NCBI GenBank assembly: GCA_001938485.1
Contig: MQRK01250511.1
Coordinates: forward strand, 1-64,000
Length of the DNA: 64,000 bases
Source: Girardia tigrina
Taxonomy: Eukaryota
Reading direction: 5' to 3'
The translations under genes and the position numbers were made by a program. This document shows, piece after piece, positions 27,085 through 39,580 of the stretch. The notes beneath the pieces were generated by a model, which was not told the DNA's origin, searched no databases, and saw nothing but the letters and a program-made list of their open reading frames with translations. How positions within the stretch are numbered: the stretch's first letter is position 1; every line of letters begins with the position of its first letter.

Positions 27085-28675
27085 CACGGGCGTAGCCAGC
27101 AGAATGCAGGTGGGTTAAGCCCCCCTAGAACAGATGTCAGCCAACCATAAAATATTTATTTTGATAAATTTCAATAGAACTTTTTTAAAGAAAGCAATGA
27201 GAAACAGAATTTTTATCAGTTCAATTCATGAAAAACCGGACACATCATGAATTTGCACACATCAGCAAACCATCACACTTTCTCTTATAGCAGCACTCAA
27301 TCTATTTACCCACTCCCATAATGCTCTTTTCCTACACCAATTCTTTATCATAACTGGGCACAGAAAGAAGTAGAAAGGGATTAACAACTAAAGAAAGAGA
27401 AGTAATTGAAGAATAAATACGCTTTACATATATTCACGCCAACCACAAATGAGAAATAATATAAGAATAATAATGCAGAATAAAACATTTCGTTTCCCTT
27501 AGAATAATCATCCTTTAAAGGGAAATCTTGTAGTGGTAAAGAGCTATTTGGAAAAACATGCTCATTTCATGAATTGAACTGATAAAAATTCTGTTTCTCA
27601 TTGCTTTCTTTAAAAAAGTTCTATTGAAATTTATCAAAATAAATATTTTATGGTTGGCTGCACACACGCACGTACTCAGACCACATCACTATGCACACAA
27701 ATCTACGTCTGTTGTCTGAATTATTGATTACATTGTGTATGTATTGGTGTATAGCTTTATATGGTGAAAGGGGTTTAATTTACACATTTCTTACTTGTTT
27801 GAGTGATAATTTACAATCATTATGAATAAAATTTTAATTAGCTTAAATAAAATTCATCAACAGCCCCGTTGCAATTACCCATTCCACCTACTCTAGCGTC
27901 TTTGGTTGTATCTGCCGCATGCACGTCTTCGTCATCAGTGCAAAGTAGCTCTGATATATCAACTATTTCAATACCAATCCTCTCTTCTGCAAATCTAGAG
28001 AAAAGAAGTTATCCTTAAAACGAAGATTGTTTGAAATTGTTTTAATGGTTGAAGTACTTTGAAGATCGAGATGCTGCACTTTGTTATCCCTGTCGTTTTT
28101 TTCAGTTATAAGGAAGGAATGAAAAAGCTTTTACTTCCCTAGGTTTTATGAATTAGAAGAAAGTTCTGGACAATGAGAGAGTATTTCCAAATTATGAGTC
28201 CAGTGAAGTTCATCAATGAGCTATGATGTTATGACATGAAAAAGAACAGCGCGAACAAAGAGGACTTTCAGGGACAACTCTATTGCATGCCAAGGTGCTG
28301 AGTGATAGCAGATACTATTTGCAATCCATTTGTGACATCATTTAATTTCTTGGTTTGAGCAATGAAGAGTAATTCAGTGGTAAAGAAGAGCGACAACGAA
28401 GTGAAACTTAAAGTTTAAGAGATCATCACGCAATCAACAGGGCATTTAAGTGGAAACACCAGTGAGTCATTACAAGCAGCATAGTGTGAGACGATATATA
28501 TTGTTTGCAGTGAGATTAATAGAAGATTTCATGATAATAAACTTCTGACGAGGATATCATATAAATAACCTGGAATTCCTTAAATTAAAACATTTCGTTT
28601 CCCTTGGAATAATCATCCTTTAAAGGGAAATCTTGTAGTGGTAAAAAGCTATTTGGAAAAACATGCTCATTTAGA
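27085..28675 (+). mobile_element. Rearranged hAT-like remnant
   Basis: Left terminus CACGGGCGTAGCCAG, an internal inverted duplication and weak transposase-like remnants. Confidence 0.45.
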
Positions 28676-28689
28676 TCCTTTTCAGGTAA

Positions 28690-29340
28690 AACAGGCCTCA
28701 AAGACAGTCGATAATACATGCACGCTAGTTCGATTTGGTATATCTAGCTTTTGAAACAAATCGAGCCAAATGGGAAAAGATTCTCTGGCTCATGAAATAA
28801 CCAATTCCTTTGATTGCGGTTTTGAATTACCATTTTTGGTATAAACAACAGAATCAAAGTTCTCCTATTCATTAATACAAACAAATATCAAATCTTTCAA
28901 GGAATGAAAAATTCCTATATCTACTGCTTGTAGATACGGTGTCAAACCACTTTGGATGGCAATCATCTCAACATTTCTCTTAATAAAATGTTCTTTTGCT
29001 TGTCGGTCTATAAACATTTCACACGATTCTTCGATAATACACTTATCATTGCTTACATCAATCAAAGAAAGAATTTGTGGATCCAATTTATAAATAATTC
29101 TTGGTTCACCAAGATTTTGATTGGGAGTATGGAAGACACGATTTTGTTTACAAATAGAACTTTCATCCTTTCCTTTATGGATTGAAAAAGGCATTGCCTT
29201 CCTACGATCTGCGAAAATAGAAATCAGTGCTGATTTCATTGTCACAAAATATATTCTGGCATCCTCAATAAATACTGCAGTTTCATCTCTAACACTGAAC
29301 AACAAAATGGAACATTTGTCTGATAAATGACTTTTATCAC
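28690..29340 (-). mobile_element. pogo-like DDE transposase remnant
   Basis: RDETAVF and GLTPYLQAVDIGIFHSLKD motifs. Confidence 0.8.
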
Positions 29341-29499
29341 GTGATATTTACTAATTTGAGGTCGCTGATTTAAAAAATACCCTGATTTGTTTTTGTAACA
29401 GCTCTTGTTTATGAGTTATAGCGTTATAGTTATGATAGGTGGATGGTGCGAGAGCGGGCGCAGAGGTTTCGCGGCCGCGGCACGCTGGCGACAGGGGGC

Positions 29500-30115
29500 C
29501 AAAATCGGGTCGGGCAGAGGAAAAATAAATTAGCATACTCGAATCTTGCGGGCTTTAGGGACGTTGGAACGCCGCAAATATCGAATTTTCATTTCATTTT
29601 TTATCAATAAACAATTCTTCGGTAATTAAAGCCACCGTTGAAACTCCAACAGGATTTGGAACCCATTTATAGCATTTACTGCCATCAATGAACTGGGTCG
29701 AATTCAGTAGTAATAATTGTTGAGTTTTCTGATTCCAGCTTGTAAAGAACCTGACTCTGATAAGAAGTGCCGACATCGGAAAAAACGTTTTCTTACAACA
29801 CAGCCGACACGTAAACACCGACGCTCGATCAACAAGAAGCATTCGATTCAGTCGAGAAACACGAGATTGCCACACACTAATCGGGCACTCGAATGGCCCA
29901 TTAGAACGATCGATCACATCATCCAGTAACTCAGTGTGATATTGGCAACAGTAGCGATTATTGTCCCCGTCTCTCACAATCGATTGACTTTCCTCGTTAG
30001 TCGACAATTTCCGACACATAACAATGATACGAGGCGGATAATGCGAACAGAGATTCTCGTCGAGTTCTATTTCACATAATTCGACATTGAGAAACACTTC
30101 GAATTTGGATTTCAT
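29500..30115 (-). pseudogene. Possible divergent MTMR14-like gene fragment
   Basis: NLCSHYPPRIIV and LLDDVIDRS..GPFECPI resemble MTMR14 ICGHYPRHIV and LQDLIHRS...GRFVCPV as I recall them. Similarity is weak. Confidence 0.3.
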
Positions 30116-30899
30116 ACTAACGTTATAAATGACTTTCGTACAACAAACGATTTATTTCCAAAAATTTAAATTTCAATGGTGACTTGTGATCACATACAAA
30201 TTTTTAGTCATATAACATATTTAAATTTCACACATTTGACGAAAATAAATTCCATTTTACATCGAATTTTCCATTCAGTAATTAATAAGGATTGTGAAAG
30301 TATGAGAACGGCAAACGACTGAGGTTTTCTGCTGATTGGGCAAACATTCATCAACGGTCGTGAGGGCAACGAGCTGAGCACTTCCGTTGTTTGGAGAACA
30401 ATGCAACTGAGACAAGCTCGATTCTGTGACTGCGACTCGAGATTCTTGTTCATCCGTTTGAAATGTGTCACTTGACAGTCTCACTACCACCAGGTTGATG
30501 AAATACTCGCTCGGCGAACAGTGGAAGAAATCAAAAGATGTCTTCTGATTCACAGATCGAGAGATAACGATGTGAAGAAGGAGAATAAATTCAGAGAAGT
30601 GAAGGAAATAACAGAAGTGTAGAATTTCATTAAAAAGGTGGACGAAGTCCGGAGAATGGAAAAACTGGTGCATGCAATACGACCAACATGTAGAGAAGCG
30701 ATCAAGAAGTTTTTGGTGGTGGAAGTTTTCATAAGCACAAACCAGATGATATAAATTATGTATATAGTTGTAGTAAAATTAATAATATAAACAAAATTAA
30801 TAGTTTAGTAATTCAATATTACTAAAATAAACGATAAAATCATTTAAAATAAAATAAAAAATCAGAGTGAGCCCAAATTCTATCAGGATCTAGAAGTGA

Positions 30900-33680
30900 G
30901 TCAGAAAGTTATAAAATTCATAAAAAAAGAAAGGTACTGTGAAGGAGAATTGTTAATAATTAATAACTGTGACAATGCCCCAATTACATACAACAGACTA
31001 CAGGGTCGATCAAATTTAAGAGTTAGTATATGAGACACATAAATTGAATGCTTGCTAGATACAGCAGCAGCTTTAAACGTTATGACAGCAGATATACTGG
31101 AGAAATTAAGTAATATAAAGATGGAACAAACAAGCCAGAAGTTAACAGCTGCAAATGGACTACAAACGAATGTTAGAAGAGAAATAGAAACACGGGTAAA
31201 AATTGGAAAGAAAGCCGAGAAGATAAGATTTGTAATAGTGAAAAATTTAAAACCAGACATAATTGGGGGCATGCTATTGATGAAGGAATTTGGGATAGAA
31301 TTAAAGTGGAAAGAAGAAAATTACCGGGATAAGACGGTAAATAACATATGCGAAATTGACGCAAAATTAAGGAAAGTAATTACGGATGAAGATAGAGTCA
31401 AAGAAGCTTTGAAAACAATAGAGATAAGGAACGATAAATCACCAGAGGATATAATCCATCAATATCGAGGTATATTTATAGTAAACGATTGAGATATAGG
31501 ATGTACAAACTTGTTGCGACATAGAATAGAAACGACAGGAGGACCTATAAATATAAAACTAAGAAGGCAGCCGGTGCACTTAGAAGACAAAATAGAGGAA
31601 GTAATTAAGAACCTAGAGATAAATGGGATAATAAGACCTTGCAATTCACAATGGAACATACCAATAGTATGCGTTTGGAAAAAGGATAAAGACAAAATAA
31701 GGCTATGTCTCGAATTCAGACAGTTAAGTTTAATAACACAGGCATTCTCAATGCCAAACATTGCAGAAATGATGGATAGATCACACGGAACAAAATATTT
31801 CAGTATGATAGATTTAGGAAACGTATACTAGCAAGTAGAATTGGATGAAGAATCGCAAGAAAAACAGCATTCTCCACAAAAGCATGAAAATTTTGTTTTA
31901 AGCGTATACCTTTCGGTATAGCAGATACACCAGGAACATTCCAGGAATTAATGAATAATGTATTAAAACCAATACAGAAGGGAGCATCAGTCTACTTGGA
32001 CGACATACTAATAGCAACAAGAACAAAGGAAGAACACCATTCCGTATTAAGAGAAGTATTGGAAAGAATTAAGCAAACTGGACTAAAAATAAGACCATCA
32101 AAATGTAGAATGTTACTACAAGAAATGAAAAATTTAAGTCATATCATAAACAACCAAGAGATAGAGACAGATCTGGAAAAGATTTCAGCTATAGAAAATA
32201 TTCAAAGACCGAAATGCATTAAGAACTTGAGAAGCTTTTTAGGAATTTGTAATTTCTACAGAAGCTTTATTAACGGATACTCAAAGAAAGTTAAAGTATT
32301 AGACAGTATGTGTGGTTTGAATAAAGAAAAATTAATTTGGAAGAATGCATGTGAACTAGCTTTTCAGGAGATGAATAAATCACTGATAACGGCACCAATA
32401 TTGAGTTTTCCAGATTTCACAAAACAGTTAATTTTGGATACAGACACCAGTTTTGATAACATAGGGGCGGTGTTGTCACAGATAGGTGAGTCAGGTAGGG
32501 AGCAGGTCATAGCATACAGATCACACACTATGTTAGTACACGAAAGAGGTTTTTGAATCACAAGGAAAGAATTACTGGCAATTTATTATTTTTGCCAGCA
32601 TTTCAACCATTATCTATACGGGAAAAAGTTTAAATTAAGAACAGATTACAAGCAATAACATTTATGTTCCTTACAAAAAGACCTCTGACAGCCCAGTTCC
32701 AAACGTGGATGAATTATCTAAGTAGTTTGGAGTTAGAAATAGAATACAGAAAAGGAAAACTACATAGCAACGCGGACATGCTGTCAAGAGGGAATTGTGA
32801 CACGTGTACGCAGTGTCAAATGGAACATGAGGAGGCCAAAAAGGTAAGAATAAGACCAGATTATTAGCAGTAACTACAAGAACTCAAGCCAGAGCAGGGC
32901 AGAAAGAATGGATACCAAAAGAAAGACGGAACGATTTAATTTCACAGACACATAGACTACTGTGTCATGCTGGAGCAGAAAAAGTATACGAATATCTAAG
33001 GAATAAGTTCAACAAGGAGATGAAAAGCAAACGGTTAAAGAGGTGGTAGGAACATGTATAGAATGCCAACAGACAAAAGCGATGATCACTTAGACAAAGG
33101 AAGAAAACTTTAAACTAGCAGCGTCAGAATTATTCGAGAAGATTTACATTGATATCTATGGACCGTGGAACGAGACAGTGAGAAGAGAAAGATATTTTGG
33201 AAAATATATTCTTTTCTTTTTTGAAATGATAGATCACTTTAGTAAATATGTGAGTTTAACGGCTATCAAAAGACAAAACGAAGAAGCAATAATACAAACA
33301 ATATTACAAAAATGGATAGTAAAATTTGGAACACCAAAGGAGATGCATTTTGATTGTGGTAAGAGCTTTGAGGCAAAGAAGGTTAGAGAAATATTAGAAT
33401 CGAGACGGGTTAAAATAGTTTTCTCCAGTCCATATTATCATAATACAAATGGAATAATAGAAAGATAATTACGGACTATTCAAGAATTTATTCAAGTAAG
33501 TTTGAAAGAAATAAATGCTACGAGTTTGTTAGATATATTACCAGAAGTTGAATTTGCCATAAACGCAACCAAACAGAAAGTGATATAATGCAGTCCAGTG
33601 GAAGTTGTATTTTGGAAGAAAATAGACATGCAACAGTGGTATGTGAACAGTAAAATAAATCGAGAAGATACAAGACAAAA
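30900..33680 (+). mobile_element. Degenerate Gypsy pol (protease, RT, RNase H, integrase)
   Basis: CLLDTAAALN, WNIPIVCV.KKD...RLC, YLDD, LRSFLGICNFYR, LDTDTS, HRLLCHAG..C..C and IDHFSKY...SPYYHNTNGIIER. Many stops and frameshifts. LTRs not resolved. Confidence 0.93.
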
Positions 33681-34141
33681 ATAAAGGAAAAGAAGATTTC
33701 TTTAAAAACAATTTAAGTTATAATTTATTATACTTAAAGTATAAAAACTTTAATTAACTAAAATTATATATTAATATTTGTATTTCAATTAGACTATCTG
33801 GTTGTGCTAAAAATGAAATATTGTTCCTCAGAAATTTGTTTAAATCATTGTTTGTTAGAAATAAAGTTTTGCTTATTAATGAATCTTGATTTTAATCTCG
33901 AACCCAACAATCGGGATTTTGGCTTCGGAATTGTGTCATTCAGAAATATAACAGTCACTCCATTTTGGATGGTTTGACACTAATAATAACTTCAATGGTG
34001 CAATTCAACATATATCCTATTATCATTTTATGGTTTAATTCTTTGGTCATTTAAAATTATATCAACTTTTGTCGTTCTTCAATTTCCAATATTTAATTGA
34101 ACAATTCCATAATTTATTAATTCCGAGTCGTTTGTTTAATG

Positions 34142-35077
34142 TAGTGTTTTTCAACCTTTTCAGTAAAGTGGAACCCTATACAAATGACTACCTTGGTCGC
34201 GGAACCCTTATTCTATGTCACATAATAAACCACATCGGTGAAAATGCAGCTTTTACGTTTAATCGTACTATTTCTAAAATTTATGTAAGATTTTCATTAT
34301 TCATTATAAGCGTCACGAACAACAATTTATTAAAAGTTGCATAAAAATCCACAAATATCAAGGAACGTAAACATTAATTATAGTTACATATACATAGCAG
34401 TAGTCAACATTTCAGTATGAAATTTGTGCTTGATGATTTCTGCAGATAAGTTGAATTCTAGGCCGCATTTTAGACAGACACACCCGAAGTTCCTCCTCGA
34501 CTGATAGTAATCTTTCTCGCTTCTTGTATTTAATTGTGGTCAAACACGAAAATCCTAACTCACATAAGTAAGAAGTTGAAAATTGAACCAACAATCACAT
34601 GGCTTTCTGAGCAATTGATGTATACTTCTTTTCAACCAGCATCCAGAAGACATCAAAGTTTAACTCTGAGTGTTTTAGTTTCAATGTTCTGTCATTTGCA
34701 ATACTAGTGATCTGTTCCTCTTCTGATAAGGTAAACTGTTCATCGGATGGTTTAAATTCAACGAATGGGTTTCGAACCCAGTGGTACCGGTTTAATGATA
34801 TGGACGGAAAATATTTATTGAGACCTGCAAATAGTGTGTCCAAGTGATTTAAAATCAATAGCAGCATGTTCTGATAGTTTCTTTCAACGACACTGGGAAA
34901 TATTTCCACATTCCCTGTAGTAGCACGTTTCTTCCATATAGTTAATTTCTTCTGAAAAGCACTTATTTTATCTGCTGACGTCAATATGTTTTCGTTCCAA
35001 CCTTGCATGCTAAGGTTCAATAAGTTCAATTCGTGAAAGATGTCAACCAAATATACTAACCTGGAACACCATAAAGT
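34142..35077 (-). mobile_element. hAT (Buster/Charlie-like) 3' part
   Basis: Terminus TAGTGTTTTTCAACCTTTT. Motifs DIFHELNLLNLSMQG, WVRNPF and FSTSYLCELGFS...K...RERL...ELRVCLS...QAQ. Interrupted at 35078 by another element. Confidence 0.9.
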
Positions 35078-35400
35078 AGAGGTGGGTACGTTTAGCGTTT
35101 AAACGACCGTTTAAACGTTTTCGTTTTTTAGGACGTTTAAACGTTTAGCGATTTCTAAACGAGCGTATAATTATTAAGTTTGTATTTCAAAACTCACAAC
35201 ATCAGTTATACTTTTTTTGAAACTTTAATCAGGCTGCCTTAGGCCTATTCATTGGTAAAGAACACATTGTCCCAATCTATTTAGCTTTTTCGTGGGCCTA
35301 GAGGTTGGCAAATTTCGCGTTTAAACGTTTTCTATTTTTAAGACGTTTAGCAATTTATTAACGGGCGTATATTTCTTAAGTTCGTATTTCGAATTTTCAA
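35078..35400. mobile_element. Two tandem left ends of the TAGAGGTGGG hAT-like family
   Basis: Similar to 2679-2790. Confidence 0.6.
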
Positions 35401-37502
35401 TAATTAGAATTACAAGTCAACAGATTTACTCTGTTACTCGGTATGCCTATGCTGGTACTGTAGTCTCTACGATACTCAGTTATCCGTTCAGTCGGCGAAG
35501 GNTTGTTANATCAAGGTCATACAATTCCGTCAGAAACCATGTCATCAAAATTTTGTCGAATGCACAGTTCCACATCTTCATATGTTTGCTCACTATCACC
35601 ATAATCATTTATAATAAAATGAATTGATAAGTTTTCCATAATTTGATTTATAAAACATTTAAGAATTCATTTCATGTAAGAACAAATTACAATTTCATTG
35701 TTATACTATCAAACTTATAGTAGAGTTAAATTGCTCCGGATGTCTAAAGAAACCAGACTTAAAATGTTTTCAAAAAATATATATATAGCATTACGATTCA
35801 AAAAACAAGAACAGATGTCTAAAACAGAATGATTAAAATGCATTTATCTGAATTTATTAAATGATATATGAAAATAAATTTACATATATTTCTATACAAT
35901 AAGTTATTAATTAATCAATCGTAAATATTATAAATTTTGAGAAAATGACAAAAAAATAGAATTTTTTCTCAATAATAAACGAAAAATTTTTACCAAGTAA
36001 AAAAATAAATGATAATTATTTAAAATAAATATATTTCGGTTAAATAATCGATTGATAAATTTAAATAACATTTTTTATAGATATATCATCAATTACTTAT
36101 AATATATAATTTTCATATCGAAAATTGTTTACTTTTATACAATTTGTTTAATACAAATATTTATCATTTGTTTAAATGCTTTAATTTTATCATTTTAGTA
36201 ATTTGAATGGCAGTTTGAGCGACACTTAAAATTTGGTATGACGGTCGTCAAACTGTGTGTGTGTCAACTATTTATTATTCTTATTATTATTACTATCGAA
36301 GGGAGAATACATTTATCCTTTCATGAGGACCGCCTAAAATAAAAATCTCAATGTAACTGAAGGGCATCTTTTAGTGCTTTTTGTTATAATTCGAGATGAC
36401 AATTGTGTATAAATAGGAGATATTGATTTTTTTTTACAAAATTGTGAAAAATAAAAAAAATTCTTTCCTTTTTATCATAAATGGCATCGAAACAATTGTA
36501 AACCAGAAACGAATCAGATTTTGTGCAAAAAAACCATTTGAGGAAATTGATTTCACACATTTAAATAACGAAGTCCGTAACAAAATCAAATCAAGATTTG
36601 AACATAATTTTCAAAGTGTTTGAAACAACGTAAGGCTCCACTTACAATAGAGGAGCTTGTGTAGTGATCTAATTTTGGATATAGGATTTAATTCCTATAA
36701 TAAATGATATTGATTAATAAATTGACTAATTAAACATTTAAATTGTTATACATTCTAAATATATTTTGGAGTGTTATTTTTGGAATTTTTATTAAAAAGT
36801 GAAGACACTTTCGGTTTTCACAATAGGCATTTCACGGTTGTCGGATGGCGTATTGTTAAAATATCCTTCGTTATCATTTTTGCCTCGATCATTGTCTCTT
36901 GGTTGTCGGTAATTACCTCGACCTCTACGCAATCCTCTTTCTTCAATAAAACAATCTTGAACTTTGAAATCTTCAATACACCTATTTTTTTACACGAATT
37001 CTTCTGTAACGTATCTATCGTGTAAAAACAGAATTATGTGTATTCTAAATACAAAAGATACGATAGATACGTTCCAGAAGAATTCGTATAAAAGAAAATC
37101 ATGTAAAACAAGTAATGTAAAAACATAATTTGGTGTATATATTTAGTTTCTTTCTATCTTCTTATATTTTCATACTATTACAATATTCTCGATTCTCTAC
37201 ATGTTCACATTCCAGTTCCCGAATCGTTCGAGAAATTATTTTAATATGTAAAATTAAATTTATTTGTAAATTTAATTTTATTTTTAAATTTTACGTTTTT
37301 AAAAATGAAAAAATATACATATGTTTCTTTTCTTTTCTTAGAAAGCAATGCATATATACAGAAATAAAATACCCATTGTGAGTAAATTTATGTTTTCCTC
37401 ACTTAAAATATTTTCAACCATAGAAGCTTCCAATAATATACTTTAGAAATGTTTCAAAAACAAATTAAAACAAATATTTTTAAATTTGTTTTAATTTTTA
37501 AA

Positions 37503-37764
37503 AATTAATTTTTGTTTAATTTTATCAAAATTAATGTAAAGTTTTATATTAATTATTTATATATTTTATTATAAAAAAGTTTAGACTAATACTATTTTAA
37601 TAAAATATAAATATTTTTAAAAATAAAAACAAACATATTAAAACAAATTAAAAATATTTATATTTTATTAAAATAGTATTAGTCTAAACTTTTTTATAAT
37701 AAAATATATAAATAATTAATATAAAACTTTACATTAATTTTGATAAAATTAAACAAAAATTAAT
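37503..37764. repeat. AT-rich palindrome, ~117-bp arms with a ~27-bp spacer
   Basis: 37503-37620 is the reverse complement of 37648-37764. Confidence 0.9.
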
Positions 37765-38077
37765 AATATTAATCAATAAATACGTGGCCGAAAAATTTCA
37801 GCCAAAAATATGTTATCGAAAAATTGAGGCCCAACAATGAGCGACCAAAACATTTGGCGCCAAAAAATGCTTGGTTAAAAAACTCAACGACAAAAAGCAC
37901 TGTCCCCGTTAACATTTATGGAACATTAAGGTAACATTGATGAAAATAATTAGACCTTTTGAGTAATAGAAACGTATTCTGCGAATTTTATTTTATTTTT
38001 TTAAAAAAATAAAGGATTTAAACAAATAATCACGTCTATTTTGATTTTAATTCTAATTATTTATTTATTTCATTTAG

Positions 38078-38155
38078 TTATCCTGCTTGTTGTGATTTTC
38101 TTCAGAATAACAATATTCTTTCAATTATTCGGGCTCATGAAGCTCAAGATGCTGG
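38078..38155 (+). CDS. PPP3CA: Calcineurin A internal exon, 78 bp
   Basis: tttAG| start and GG|GTAAG end. Translates [25 protein letters not shown](G), including the RAHE motif, in frame with the previous exon. Confidence 0.96.
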
Positions 38156-38867
38156 GTAAGTCAATGTTAAGTTATTTGAATGGATATATTTTCATTAGGT
38201 AATATTAAATATTATTGAAGTTAGATATTTTTATAAATATTATTAAATATATATACCGTAGTACATGATGTGAGATTTTAGTTTTTTCAAAAACATTCAT
38301 GTTTCATCATGTAAAATATACGTAAAATGTATTTTTTTTATAAAAAATATATTAAATAAAGAATTATTAAAATTTTTTTAAAAATATTTATTTAAATATT
38401 TGTATTAATTGAATATACTGCTTTTTATTTAATTAAATGTAAATCCTCGTTTATAACAGAAATTTTGATTTGTGATTTACTGATTTTATAATATATATTG
38501 ACCTTTATTTGGGATAAAATTGTTTTACTTCATTCAGTATTATATTGGATGTTATAAAACCATGTTTGGAATGTGCAGTTTTGTGTAGAGTTGAGTGATT
38601 ATTAGTATTGTGATTATTAAATAGTTGAAATTATTTTTTATTCCAGATTTGTTTAATTTGCTCAAAAATTGTGATTGTGAATTGAGAGCTACAAATCTTG
38701 ACTTTGCTTTGAGAGTTAAAATGGTGGTTGCAATGTGTTTTGTACCTATTGCTCATTTAGAAACAAACATCAGTGTGAGACAGAATTGTTTTAAAAAAAT
38801 TTAATTGAAAAAGTAAAATTAAGTAAAACTTTCAAATTAAAGTCTGTTAATTAAAATATGTATTTTC

Positions 38868-39580
38868 TGTTGTATATTAGATATTTTGATTATTTCAAAT
38901 ATTTAATATATGCCTTTTTGATAAATATTTTGTTTGAATATTATCAATTAAACATTGTTTTGAAAATAAACTTTTCGAGTGTTACAAGCCATCCGGGCAT
39001 AACGAATGATATGAAAATCGTTTTGGAGTTTTTGGAAAAATTCGATGGAAGCATCAGCTTCGAGATTTGGCAGAAGAAATTTGAAATGGTAATGAAAATC
39101 CAGAAGATTACTGATCCAGCCCCGTATCTCCCCTTTTTACTATCGGGGGTTGCACTGAACATATACATGGAATCGGACGAGAAGACACAAAGCAGCTGTG
39201 ATCGGTTCTTCAAGTTACTAAACAACTCGTTCGGACTGACTAGACGTTCTGCGTATAGTCAATTGATAAACTTACAGTATCACGAGGGCGAGACTATCGA
39301 TGAATATGCGTCTCAGGTGAAAATGTTAGCAACAAAGGTCGACGATCTAACAAAGGCTGCCTTCATGGCTGGACTGCCTTTCGAGTTGCAGGTAGATTTG
39401 GAACGCGCCGGCGACCAACCCCTGACCGAAATGATTGAGTATAGCCGCAGGTATTTGGGGATTAAAAAGGGTTTATTACAGGGTTTAATTGCAGCAATAC
39501 AACACGGAAACAACAACAAATATTTATCAAAAAGGCATATATTAAATATTTGAAATAATCAAAATATCTAATATCCAACA
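38868..39580 (+). mobile_element. 713-bp LTR-derived unit with inverted ends and 5-bp TSD, carrying gag
   Basis: TGTTG...CAACA ends. 63-bp inverted repeats (62/63 identical) at 38868-38930 and 39518-39580. TTTTC on both sides. Putative LTR 38868-38986 (TG...CA, AATAAA). Confidence 0.85.
39011..39553 (+). CDS. Gag capsid-like ORF, 180 aa, no zinc knuckle
   Basis: MKIVLEFLEKFDGSISFEIWQKKF...GETIDEYASQVKMLA...AFMAGLP. Paralogous to the 44092-44775 ORF, which is followed by a CCHC knuckle. Confidence 0.75.
   Translation: MKIVLEFLEKFDGSISFEIWQKKFEMVMKIQKITDPAPYLPFLLSGVALNIYMESDEKTQSSCDRFFKLLNNSFGLTRRSAYSQLINLQYHEGETIDEYASQVKMLATKVDDLTKAAFMAGLPFELQVDLERAGDQPLTEMIEYSRRYLGIKKGLLQGLIAAIQHGNNNKYLSKRHILNI

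Noticed and set aside
30174-30190. CAA-TGGTGAC as a tRNA-Trp PBS for the 30.9-33.7 kb Gypsy
   Set aside because: Only 7 nt match and no LTR pair could be defined.
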